NCBI GenBank assembly: GCA_950097015.1
Contig: CATNEN010000003.1
Coordinates: 10,230,001 to 10,294,000, forward strand
Source of the DNA: Macrostomum hystrix
Taxonomy: Eukaryota > Animalia > Platyhelminthes
DNA length: 64,000 nt
Direction: 5' to 3'
A program made the position numbers and the translations under genes. Each line of letters opens with the position of its first letter. Positions within the stretch are counted from its first letter, which is position 1. Shown piece after piece: positions 13,101-25,243 of the stretch. The notes under the pieces were generated by a model. It saw only the letters and a program-made list of their open reading frames with translations. It was not told the DNA's origin and did not search any database.

Positions 13101-16100
13101 TATGATATAAGCGTATTTTTATTTGCCCATAATAAGAATAAATGATAATTGATTACACCTGTCCGATTGGGCCAGATGTGCAGCCGACAGCACAGCCGCA
13201 GCTTTTGCGCGGCGCATCTGAAGGCTGCGTACAGCTGTTCAGTCCATGGACTGGGGGGAAGCCACACCCACCCTCAATTACCCCAGCTGATGCTGTTACC
13301 CATTTACCAGCTGGGTGAACTGAAGCAATGCAGAGTTAAGTGTCTTGCTATAGGACACAAATTGTTCCAGTGGAGTCAGGAATCGAACCACTGACCTTTA
13401 AGTCGTGAGTCTAACGCTCTAACCACAGGGCTACAACCTCTACTATACAACCTAACGATTTTGCCCATACAATCCTTAATAAGGCGAGCTAAATTAGCGA
13501 ATAAATGCCAAACTGAAACACGCAGGAGGAGAAGTGCAGGCAGCGCATTATGCAGATGCTGCTCAGACACGGCGCCAATCCCAACTATCAGGACGATGCT
13601 GGCCGGACTGCGCTTAGCTACGCCTGCGAATTGCGCCACAACGATGTTGTCAGGCTGCTTATTAAGCACAATGTCGACCCCGAAATGCCGGATAATGACG
13701 GTTGGTGGATCAAAAGTCAATTCTTGATTTGAAAGGCTGCTATAGCTGTATTACTGAACAGTTTATTAAATACGCATTTTTACCATATGAAACTTAACAC
13801 AACATCTGAAGTCCGCATTTGCATACTTTCTTACACCTTTTGCACAACCCCCTAAAAGTCCACTTGTATCTCGCATCTCTTACCCCCTTATCACAACCCC
13901 AAAGTCCACTTGTGTACTCTCTTACCCCCTTGTCACAACCCCTCAAGTCCACTTGTGTATTCTCTTACCCCCTTGTCACAACCCCTCAAGTTCACTTGTG
14001 TATTCTCTTACCCCCAAGTCCACTTGTGCATTCTCTTACCCCTTTGCACAACCCCCAAGTCCACTTGTGTATTCTCTTACCCCTTAACACAACCCCCAAG
14101 TCCACTTGTGTATTCTCTTACCCCTTAACACAACCCCCAAGTCCACTTGTGTATTCTCTTACCCCTTAACACAACCCCCAAGTCCACTTGTGCATTCTCT
14201 TACCCCTTTGCACAACCCCCAAGTCCACTTGTGTATTCTCTTACCCCTTAACACAACCCCCAAGTCCACTTGTGTATTCTCTTACCCCTTAACACAACCC
14301 CCAAGTCCACTTGTGTATTCTCTTACCCCTTTGCACAACCCCCAAGTCCACTTGTGTATTCTCTTACCCCTTAACACAACCCCCAAGTCCACTTGTGCAT
14401 TCTCTTACCCCTTTGCACAACCAACCAAGTCCACTTGTGCATTCTCTTACCCCTTTGCACAACCCCCAAGTCCACTTGTGTATTCTCTTACCCCTTAACA
14501 CAACCCCCAAGTCCACTTGTGTATTCTCTTACCCCTTAACACAACCCCCAAGTCCACTTGTGCATTCTCTTACCCCTTTGCACAACCAACCAAGTCCACT
14601 TGTGCATTCTCTTACCCCTTTGCACAACCCCCAAGTCAACTTGTGTATTCTCTTACCCCTTAACACAACCATCAAGTCTGTTTGCCTATGTATTCGATTA
14701 AATGCACGTCGACCAATCAAAATTATTAATTACACAGGTAACACGTGCCTATGTATTCGATTAAATGCACGTCGACCAATAGAAATTATTAATTCAACAG
14801 GTAACACGCCATTGATGCACTGCGCCCGGGTCGGCAACGACACCGGTATTGGCATCCTCATCAAATGCTTCAGAAGGCTGGGCCTGGATATTGACAGGTG
14901 CAACAAGGACGGCTTCACAGCAATGCTGATTGCGGCTAGGCAAGGCTATACTGAGAGCGCCTCGTTGCTAGCCATCGAGGGCCACGCTTCGGTCACTAAG
15001 ACTGACGCCAGGTAATTAGTAGCTTCTTGATCAGTTCGCAGTCGCATTGAGAGGGGGTAGAAAAAATGTAGAAAATCTATAACGATCAGACGTTTCGGCG
15101 GGAGGAGGAGTTCTTCCTACATTGTATACAAATCTGCAGTTAGGATACTAGATTTTCCGTTATTTATTGATTTTAAAGTCAATTGACACCCGGCCTTAAG
15201 GACATTTCATGGCGATAAACATTATTGAGTGTTTGAGAGTTACTAAGTGAAGATTTTGGATCAGCTGAGGTTTATCCGAGCTAATCGGTTCTGGCTGAAA
15301 CTTTACACAACTCCTAAAAGCGTACATATGTACTTTCTTAACCCTTTAACACCCCTTAAAATAGCTAGTACGATACGCCCATTGTATGGCTTCCTGGGGA
15401 ACCGGCACGAAAAATGGAGTTTCAGCGCCTCTATTGGTGCCACGGAGGCTCCAGACTACGGCGCAGCCCTAAGTCAACTTGTGTACTCTCTTACCCCCTT
15501 AACACAACCCTCAAGTCCACTTGTGTACTCTCTTACCCCCTTAACACAACCCTCAAGTCCACTTGTGTACTCTCTTACCCCCTTAACACAACCCTCAAGT
15601 CCACTTGTGTACTCTCTTACCCCTTTAACACAACCCTCAAGTCCACTTGTGTACTCTCTTACCCCCTTAACACAACCCTCAAGTCCAATTGTGTACTCTC
15701 TTACCCCCTTAACACAACCCTCAAGTCCACTTGTGTACTCTCTTACCCCCTTAACACAACCCTCAAGTCCACTTGTGTACTCTCTTACCCCTTTAACACA
15801 ACCCTCAAGTCCACTTGTGTACTCTCTTACCCCCTTAACACAACCCTCAAGTCCACTTGTGTACTCTCTTACCCCCTTAACACAACCCTCAAGTCCACTT
15901 GTGTACTCTCTTACCCCCTTAACACAACCCTCAAGTCCACTTGTGTACTCTCTTACCCCCTTAACACAACCCTCAAGTCCACTTGTGTACTCTCTTACCC
16001 CCTTAACACAACCCTCAAGTCCACTTGTGTACTCTCTTACCCCCTTAACACAACCCTCAAGTCCACTTGTGTACTCTCTTACCCCCTTAACACAACCCTC

Positions 16101-17607
16101 AAGTCCACTTGTGTACTCTCTTACCCCCTTAACACAACCCTCAAGTCCACTTGTGTACTCTCTTACCCCCTTAACACAACCCTCAAGTCCACTTGTGTAC
16201 TCTCTTACCCCCTTAACACAACCCTCAAGTCCACTTGTGTACTCTCTTACCCCCTTAACACAACCCTCAAGTCCACTTGTGTACTCTCTTACCCCCTTAA
16301 CACAACCCTCAAGTCCACTTGTGTACACTCTTACCCCCTTAACACAACCCTCAAGTCCACTTGTGTACTCTCTTACCCTCTTAACACAACCCTCAAGTCA
16401 ACTTGTGCATTCTCTTACCCCTTTGCACAACCCCCAAGTCCACTTGTGTATTCTCTTACCCCTTAACACAACCCCCAAGTCCACTTGTGTATTCTCTTAC
16501 CCCTTAACACAACCCTCAAGTCCACTTGTGTATTCTCTTACCCCTTAACACAACCCTCAAGTCCACTTGTGCATTCTCTTACCCCTTAACACAACGCCCA
16601 AGTCCACTTGTGTATTCTCTTACCCCTTAACACAACCCCCAAGTCCACTTGTGTATTCTCTTACCCCTTAACACAACCCCCAAGTCCACTTGTGTATTCT
16701 CTTACCCTTTAACACAACCCTCAAGTCCACTTGTGTACACTCTTACCCCCTTAACACAACTCTCAAGTCCACTTGTGTTATCATCGAATGCTTAATTGAC
16801 AGGTACGGTCGCAATGCTGAGCAATGGGCCCGAGCGCAGGGTTGCACCACACCGGAGGTGGCTCTGTTCAGCCCGGCCGCGGAGAAACTGGTCAAGCGCC
16901 GTCCGAAATCGCTGCGAGTTGACACCAGGCCAGCCTACCCGCCTAGCAGCCGAACCTCGCCGCACCGGCCACCTGGGGCGCAGCAGCAGCAGCAGCCGCC
17001 CTGGAACAACAGCCGGCCGGGCGTGAAGACCCCCAACAACAGCCGCAAGTCGCCCTCGCCGAGTTTGCAGACGCCATTCCAGCCCCAGCAGCAGGCGCCG
17101 CCACAGCCGCGAAAGTCGCTGACGCCGAAGGACGCAGCCTTTGTTGGAGCATCGCGATCGAGAAGCTCAACGGTGACCACACTGCTGCCTGGGAGTAGGA
17201 CGACAGTTCGCGGCAGTATCAGCAGCACTGGCAGCGGCGCTGACTCCGTTACTCCGAAACGATCTAAGCCAGTGAGAGCAATCGCTGTGCCCACCACCAC
17301 AAAGGCGACATCGAGTCGACGTCCGAGTCGCGAGTCGACGAAGTCCACGTCGAGAAAGCAGCAGGAAGCGCCGGCTGCAGCGTCCAATCCAGCCGACAAT
17401 TCTGACGGCTCGTTGAGCGACGCCGATCTAGACGAGCTCTATAACGCGCTGACCAGCAACTACTCGGTGGAGGAAATGACCAAGCGAGCCGGTCTCGCTG
17501 CCAACGGCGGTTGGCAGAAGCCACGATCCGATGATCAAGACAATGACGACGATCATAGCAATGGCGCCATGGCGGTGTCAATTAGCCTGACTAATTTGCA
17601 CCTGTGA
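10126..17607 (+). CDS. Ankyrin-repeat protein (ANKRD34/63-like architecture), 4 exons, ~449 aa, low-complexity S/P/Q C-terminus
   Basis: Exons 10126-10284, 13526-13700, 14801-15011, 16803-17607 join in frame (1350 nt). Ankyrin motifs: GKTPLMRA, GRTALSYAC, GNTPLMHCA, GFTAMLIAA. An alternative in-frame ATG lies at 10054; the acceptor TTTTTCAACAG ending at 10094 favours 10126. Confidence 0.88.
10400..11040. repeat. 16-17-bp minisatellite, ankyrin intron 1
   Basis: Unit TCTATCGAGTTGGGATT. Confidence 0.92.
11540..13075. repeat. 28-bp minisatellite, ankyrin intron 1
   Basis: Unit GAATGACAAGAATT(A/G)CGGATGACCGATT. Confidence 0.95.
13135..13441 (-). mobile_element. CORE-type SINE, copy 3 (ankyrin gene intron 1)
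   Basis: Highly similar to copy 2 along its full length, with an AAT-rich tail. Confidence 0.88.
13830..14680. repeat. 41-bp minisatellite, ankyrin intron 2
   Basis: Unit AAGTCCACTTGTGTATTCTCTTACCCCTTAACACAACCCCC. Confidence 0.93.
15470..16780. repeat. 42/41-bp minisatellite, ankyrin intron 3 (same family as intron 2)
   Basis: Unit TCAAGTCCACTTGTGTACTCTCTTACCCCCTTAACACAACCC. Confidence 0.95.
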
Positions 17608-17619
17608 TAATCAAGTAAC

Positions 17620-17728
17620 CGAAGGCTGTGTACAGCTAGCTGTTCAGTCTATGGATTGGGCACATTGTTTTCAGCTAGCAAGAAATTCGAACTTCTGACC
17701 TCTCAGTCAGAAGTTCGAAACTCTAAAC
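17620..17728 (-). mobile_element. Deleted/diverged SINE remnant just after the ankyrin gene stop codon
   Basis: GAAGGCTGTGTACAGCT..GTTCAGTCTATGGATTGGG matches the SINE tail; the downstream part resembles the SINE head. Confidence 0.5.
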
Positions 17729-19264
17729 AGTGCGCAACAAGCTCCCCTTTGTTAAAGTGAACTGTCTCATGTTAATTTGCATCCCGAGTTCGATTCTGTT
17801 CGAGTTGATGACCCTGGAGCTTGATGAATTGTTCTTATAATCAATAATACGATAAAAAGACAATGTACCACGAGCTTGTGAAACACACACACTTTCCACG
17901 CACATGTACATAACTGCATACATGATCAACACGTTACCCGAACTGTGTTAACTAATAATTTAGCATAATCATACAATCCGCCATTTGTTTAATCTTAGCG
18001 TACCCTGTAGATGCACAGTCAGCAGTGCTGCTAATTAATTAAGCTCTTTTTATTGGTAATTTATTTCGCATATCTCGCAAATCAATAACGAGATATTTCC
18101 TCCGGAGGAGGACGAGTTCCTCAGACATTGTGTACACAAATCTGGAATTACGATTCTTGGAAATTAAAACCGCTAAAAGTTCCTGAATTTTTTTGGATCA
18201 TTAGGTTACCAGACAGTTTTGAGTGAAGGGGCTCGCTCAATGATGTATTGATGTTTTTAACTTAATTATAACAATTAAAGAAACGACATCAAATTCAGTT
18301 GAGCTATCAGGGGAGTGTTGGGTTACGATGCCGCGACTGCCAGTGAATGGGCATTAAGTGTCTAGGGCCGAAACCCATGTAAAGTAAGCCAGCGTTACCA
18401 GGAAAATTCTAGAGCCTTGAGTAGGCTAAGTGTCTACTCATTTTAGGGAGAAGTAGAAGTCTGAATCACAGGTCTTCAATTATCATTTCATTATCTTTAT
18501 AAGATCTTATAACTTTCCTACACCTTAAGTTAAGACTGAGACTGAAGACAACGGGGGGTAATTCAAATATTTGAATTTCCATTTCCTGAATGCGTGGTCC
18601 TTCTACTGCTCAAAGACCTGGCTTACTAAACTTTGTTGTAAATCATATTTTTATCAAGAAAGAAAAGAATAAATAATAGGACTTTCAAAACAAAAATGTT
18701 TCTTTTTATATAAAAAACTACGAAAAACTTTTAAAATATACAAACCAAGTATATTTAGAATAACAAAAAAACTTTTTCAGAAACAAAGAGCTGAAACAAA
18801 GAGCTGAAACTACAACTCAATTCAAGGCACAACAATTGATCAGCAGTTGTAATAAACATAGATTTCTATGCAAATCTAGCAAACCTCAATAAAGTTTTAC
18901 TTCTTCTATCACAGGAGCAGTGTTGGCATTTGTTTCAAATTCACAGACAAAAAAGGCACAGCTAGACAGAGAGGGATAAAGCAAAGGCAGAAGCTGAAAA
19001 AAGACAAAACGGGATCCAAGCAAATTTCCACAGAAATCAAATTAAAACAAAATAAACCAAAGTCAGATAAAATGGACGGCAATAGTTTAGTAGTGAGCTA
19101 TCTTCAAACAGATTTTCAATGACCATCTGCTGTGAATTCATCTGAATCCTCGGGACCAACCAGAATGTTTGTGATGCCCTGAAAACAAAATAAATCAGCG
19201 AGAATTCATTGTTTCTTTTTGTATCTTCCGGCAACCGCTAGCAACTAAACTCAAAGCGGTCAAT

Positions 19265-19870
19265 CAAAAAGTCACGTGACTCTATTACACTAAAGTCACG
19301 TGACCCTATCATACTAAAGTCACGTGATTCTATCACACTAAAGTAACGTGACTCTATCACACTAAAGTCACGTGACTCTATCACACTTAAGTCACGTGAC
19401 TCTATCATACTAAAGTCACGTGACTCTATCGCACTTAAGTCACGTGACTCTATCACACTAAAGTCACGTGACTCTATCACACTAAAGTCACGTGACTATC
19501 ATACTAAAGTCACGTGACTCTATCATCTAAAGTCACGTGACTCTATCATAGTCACGTGACACTATCATACTAGAGTCACGTGACTCTATCACACTAAAGT
19601 AACGTGACTCTATCATACTAAAGTCACGTGACTCTATCACACTAAAGTCACGTGACTCTATCACACTAAAGTCACGTGACTCTATCACACTAAAGTAACG
19701 TGACTCTATCATACTAAAGTCACGTGACTCTATCATACTAAAGTCACGTGACACTATCACACTAAAGTCACGTGACTCTATCACACTAAAGTAACGTGAC
19801 TCTATTGCACTGAAGTCACATGACAGTCACAGTGATCTAGCACTTTTAGGCCATGTGACTTAATCACACT
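19265..19870. repeat. 24-bp minisatellite containing the palindrome GTCACGTGAC
   Basis: Unit AAAGTCACGTGACTCTATCACACT. Confidence 0.93.
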
Positions 19871-19924
19871 AAAGTCATGCGACTGAGTTACGTAGAGTAA
19901 AAATACAAAAATGCCACATCCTCT

Positions 19925-21767
19925 TCAATTCCTCACCTTCCAATGCCGCGGCAAAGCTACCAAATCGTTGGCACCCCTCAGGTCAATCCGGGGCGCCGTA
20001 TTACCTTTACCAATCTGATCATCGAACTCGTCATTATCTGCAGCGGCAGCAGCAGGTGCCATAATCTGCATGAGCAAATCGTCACTAAGACAGTCGGATC
20101 TGAGGGGATTGGCCCTCAGCAGTAGATGCCTGAGGCAGCTAGTTAGCAAAGGCAGCAGAGGCGGAGGCAGAGTTTCAAACCGATTAGCAGTCAAATTAAC
20201 TAGATTTAATCGCCTACAATTTGCAAGGCTAGGCGGCAGTTGAGTTAATAGATTCTCTTCAGCGCTGAGCCATTCCAATGAGACGCATGCGCCAATGGAA
20301 TCTGGCAGTGCAGTCAGTCTGTTATAGTTTAAGCCAAGCTGTTTTAAACAGGACATGCCTGAGAAGAGTCTGTCAGGCAGGTTGGACAACTGACAGGCGT
20401 GCAGCCATAGGTGAGTTAGGCCAACTAAGCTAGCCAGATCGTCGGGTACAAGACAGAGAGGATTGTAGCTGGCGCTGAGAATGCGAAGCTGGTCTAAGCG
20501 GCCCAGACTGCTAGGCAATAGGCTCAGACAGTTGTGATCCAGGGTTAACTCCTGCGGGGTTGAGGACATTGCGACTGGGATTTTTTAGGAATTCAAGTTG
20601 GAAATTAGGATAGAGATTGGAGGAGAGAGTAGATAGATGGGAGGAGAGAGTAGATAGATGGGAGGAGAGAGTAGATAGATGAGAGGAGGGAGTCGATAGA
20701 TGAGAGGAGAGAGTAGTTAGATGGGAGGAGAGAGCAGATAGAGAGGAGATAGTATATAGATGAAAGGAGAGAGTATATGGATAATAGGAGAGAGTAGATA
20801 GATAAGAGAAGAGAGTAGATAGATGGGAGGAGAGAGTAGATAGATGGGAGAAGAGAGTAGATAAATGGGAGGAGAGTAGATAGATGGGAGGAGAGAGTAG
20901 ATAGATGAGAGGAGAGAGTAGATAGATAAGAGAAGAGAGTAGATGGATGGGAGGAGAGAGTAGATAGATGGGAGGAGAGAGTAGATAGATAAGAGAAGAA
21001 AGTAGATGGATAATAGGAGAGAGTAGATAAATGGGAGGAGAGTAGATAGATGGGAGAAGAGAGTAGATAGATGAGAGAAGAGAGTAGATAGATGGGAGGA
21101 GAGAGTAGATAGATAAGAGAAGAGAGTAGATAGATGGGAGGAGAGAGTAGATAGATGAGAGGAGAGAGTAGATAGATGAGAGGAGAGAGTAGATAGATGG
21201 GAGGAGAGAGTAGATAGATGAGAGGAGAGAGTAAATAGATGATAGGAGAGAGTAGATAGATGGGAGGAGAGAGCAGATAAAAGAAAGAAGAGAGTAGATA
21301 AATGAAAGGAGAGTAGATAAAAGGAGAGGATAGATGGATAGGATAAGAGGAGAGTATGATAGTAGATCAATAGTAACAGAGGCGAGAGTATATTTGCAAC
21401 CAACCTGCAGCTCCGGTAGCAGTTGTCCAATTTCACTGGGAGGCGCCACCAGTCGATTATTATTGAGGTACAATCGTCTAAGATCCTGGCCCAGACGGGC
21501 TAAGCTAGGCGGCAGTATAGTTAATCGTCGATAGCTCAAATTTAAATTGGCCCTACTAGCCGGATTCGGTTGGCTGAGCATTCGACAGATTTGCCGCTCT
21601 GAGTCGGCTAATAGTTCCAGATCGGATTGCGCCGACTGCTGCTGCTGCTGCTGGCGTTGGCTAACGCTGCCGCCGCTGCCAACCCCGCTGTCACCGCTGG
21701 TTGGCCTGGAGGAAGCGGCCGAACGCAGTCTAGTTCTTGGCGACTGCCTGCCGCCACTGGTAGCCAT
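19925..21767 (-). CDS. Leucine-rich repeat protein, 2 exons, ~329 aa
   Basis: Exons 21767-21405 and 20551-19925 join in frame (990 nt). Repeated LxxLxLxxNxLxxLP units, e.g. LRRLYLNNNRLVAPP, LKQLGLNYNRLTALP, LNLVNLTANRFETLP. Confidence 0.88.
20600..21350. repeat. Purine-rich ~21-bp repeat, LRR intron
   Basis: Unit GAGAGTAGATAGATG(G/A)GAGGA. Confidence 0.9.
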
Positions 21768-21834
21768 GGCAACTAGATACAGTAGACTGTCTGGTAGGTT
21801 GACAACCACTGCAAATTTGGAATGGAAACAACTG

Positions 21835-22480
21835 CTTAAGAATCTGACGAAACTAAAATCCCATCTAGAATCTGACAATACTAAAGTCATTCTAGAATCT
21901 GACGAAACTAAAATCATTCTAGAATCTGACGAAACTACAATCCCTCTGGAATCTGACGAAACTAAAATCCCTCTGGAACCTGACGAAACTAAAATCCATC
22001 TGGAACCTGACGAAACTAAAAACCCTCTAGAATCTGACGAAACTAAAATCCCTCTAGAATCTGGCGAAACTAAAATCCCTCTAGAATCTGGCGAAACTAA
22101 AATCCCTCTAGAATCTGGCGAAACTAAAATCCCTCTAGAATCTGGCGAAACTAAAATCCCTCTAGAATCTGACGAAACTAAAATCCCTCTAGAATCTGAC
22201 GAAACTAAAATCCCTCTAGAACCTGACATAACTAAAACCCCTCTGGAATCTAACGAAACTAAAATCCCTCTAGAACCTGACGAAACTAAAATCCCAACAA
22301 GAATTTGACGAAACTAAAATCCCAACTAGAATCTGACGAAACAAAAATCTTTGTAGAATCTGACAAAAATAAACTCCCTCTAGAACCTGACGAAACTAAA
22401 ATCCATCTAGAATCTGACGAAACTAAAATCCCAACAAGAATCTGACGAAACTAAAATCCCTCTAGAATATGACAAAACAA
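21835..22480. repeat. 27-bp minisatellite between TMEM179 and LRR
   Basis: Unit CTAGAATCTGACGAAACTAAAATCCCT. Confidence 0.92.
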
Positions 22481-23342
22481 ACATTTCTAAATCTGCGGCA
22501 ACTAAAATTCATATTGATTAACAACCTGAAAATAACAAATTATTAAACTGTAACATAGTACTTAGGTTTTACATATCATTAAAATCATGAAAATCTATTA
22601 ATTAAACGGGTTTCGTTAAATGTCCGATATCCGAACAAAAACAATTATTTAGTAATTTTTTTCTGTATATTTATTCATGCAACAATCGTAGAACAAAACA
22701 TATAATATGATTAGATACTATATATTTATTATTTACATTTATTGGCAAGTCAAAGATTTTCGGAGATCATTAGATAAAATATTCTTCTGCACCCGGAAAA
22801 TTTTACTCAAATAGAGGAAGTATGTATACGAAGTACATCGACAAAATACAGCTGCAGGCAGCCAGCGAAAACCGGTAAGCTACTTAAAGTAGCTAAACAA
22901 AAAATTAATGAGATTTTTATCATTTACATAAAACTTCACTAAATATAGCTCAAACAATACGCATTGGCACTATAATGTTAATAAAAAAAGTAATAAACCT
23001 TACACACTTAGCTAATGAAATATGTTATTACTGAAAAATATTATATTTGCTTATACAAAAGCTCTAAAACATGAAAACTTTCTTAGAAAACTGCAATTAC
23101 TAAACATTTCAAGAAAAACTGTCCTTGATTGCATGACATTTTTCTGGCAAAAATTATAATCTTAAAAAAATCTCTACTGTTTTTCTTAGAAAACCACAAA
23201 TGATCTCTTGTTTACATTCTCCCTTTAGCACAGTATCAAGATTAAACATGATACTGTGCTTTGGGGCAACTAAGGCCTTAAATCACATTTAGTACACAGA
23301 ATAATAGACACTTTCAAACCAGAAGGCCTTATTAGATCAGAA

Positions 23343-25243
23343 TCAGATATTGACATATTCAGGATCGCGATACAAACGACTCCTCATCATGCGAGCTTCT
23401 CTTCTCAAACTAACCAGAAATCGCTCGCGTTTGTGCAGTCTAGCCAGTTGAATTAGCATCAGCAGCATGTCAATGAACCATAGCAGGAAGCTGAACCATA
23501 GCCCGATCTGTGATGGCAATCGGGTCATGGGTATATTCAGTCTCGTCCCGTTACTCAGGAGTATAAATTTAACAACTTTTCTGATTGGTCAGGGAGAGAA
23601 TCTAACATCTTCTCTGATTGGTCAGGGAGAGAATCTAACATCTTCTCTGATTGGTCAGAGAGAGAATCTAACATGCTCTCTGATTGGTCAGGGAGAGAAT
23701 CTAACATCTTCTCGGATTAATCAAGGAGAGAATCTAACCTCTTCTCTGATTGGTCAGGGAGAGAATCTAACATCTTCTCGGATTAATCAAGGAGAGAATC
23801 TAACATCTTCTCTGATTGGTCAGGGAGAGAATCTAACATGTTCCCTGATTGGTCAGGGAGAGAATCTAACATCTTCTCTGATTGTTCAGGGAGAGAATCT
23901 AACATCTTCTCTGATTGGTCAGGGAGAGAATCTAACACATTCGATGATTAAGGTGAGAATATAGGGGGGGGGGCGTAGATAAGCAGAAAACCGGCCTACC
24001 CTGGCAAAGCCGAATGTGAAAAGGAATCGGTCAGAATAGATCTCCGGATAATTGGACAGAATGTTGGCAAACTGAGCCTGCTCGCAACCGTATCTGGAAA
24101 AACACACACAAACAAACGAAAACTAAATAAAAGTAACGAATTCTTTTAATGCTGTCAAGTAGGAAACCTAATAAATTGTTAAAACTTACTGAAATACGTT
24201 CATTAGTAGGCACCACTTAAATATACCGCCAGTAACTATAGACGCTTCCATTGCTAGGGATACGGTGAAAAACAGGCTTAGCTGTAGGCCAATGAACACA
24301 GTCAGGAATGACCTGAAATTAGTAAGAAAAATAATGATATCCCCGCCTCTTTAAGTACATATAATACATAGCAATGTTGCTTCGTCAACAAATAGCATAG
24401 AATAAAGACATTATTATAAAAACGTCACAGAAAAGTTTGATATTTAAATAAAAATATAACTGGGCCAGCTACGCAGCTATTGCGCGGTGCGTCTGAAAGC
24501 TGCGTACTACGGCTGTCCAGTCCATGGACTGGGGGACAGACGCCACACCCACCCTCAATTATTACTCCAACTGATGCCTGTACCCAATTTACCAGCTGGG
24601 TGAACTAAAGCAGCGCAGAGTTACGTGTCTTAACGCTGACAAAAATTATTCCAGAGCAGACGGAAATCGAACCCCCGACCTTCAAGTCGTGAGTCCTACG
24701 CATTAAACTACTAGGATACTAAGAAGTTATCCTAATTTTCCTAAATCCTATCGAATGACTTCATATCCAAAAATTGAAATTCCCGTTAAAAATCTAAAAA
24801 AATGATAGCACATCCTATTACTTATAATCCCATAGAATGATTGGACACGCCAATCCGCCAACCCTTAAATCCCATAGAACGACGACATCAAATTTTCTAT
24901 AAACCAAAATCTAGCCAAATAATCAGTCAAGTACTTACGCCTCCCTCTGCAGATATAAATGCACACTGACATAAAAAGTGTAGAACAATGCCACCAGCAT
25001 CTGGGCGCAGCCAATGAATATACCAAAAGTGCAATTCGACTGAAGACCCCACTGCGTCACAATGAGAGTCCTGTGCTCATCGCTACTGTTGGCAGTGTCC
25101 CAGTGGGCTTCGGACCATAGAAGACAATGTCCGGCAAAATCGCGGACACCAATGGTCATTGGAACAATGATGCACAATGAGCCAATTAGTAGAGCGGATT
25201 GTAAACCTGCTTTTGTAATTAGAAATAGATCGCCTAAACCCAT
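23343..25243 (-). CDS. TMEM179: Transmembrane protein 179 family, 4 exons, ~228 aa
   Basis: Exons 25243-24939, 24312-24190, 24093-24000, 23507-23343 join in frame (687 nt). Four hydrophobic segments; motifs IVPM...DFAGHCLLWSEA, QWG..SNCTF, G..KWC, GCEQAQ, GLWFSFLLW. Confidence 0.85.
23570..23940. repeat. 33-bp minisatellite, TMEM179 intron 3
   Basis: Unit CTGATTGGTCAGGGAGAGAATCTAACATCTTCT. Confidence 0.92.
24461..24720 (-). mobile_element. CORE-type SINE, copy 4 (TMEM179 intron 1), diverged
   Basis: Shares CAGTCCATGGACTGGGG, CCAGCTGGGTGAACT and ATCGAACCCCCGACCTTCAAGTCGTGAGTC with the other copies. Confidence 0.8.

Noticed and set aside
20511-22229. 572-aa single-exon ORF
   Set aside because: It is LRR exon 1 extended by stop-free repeats on both sides; the spliced model explains it.
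21835-22480. Hammerhead array (CTGACGA and GAAAC in each unit)
   Set aside because: The two motifs overlap within one unit and no stems I-III can be formed.
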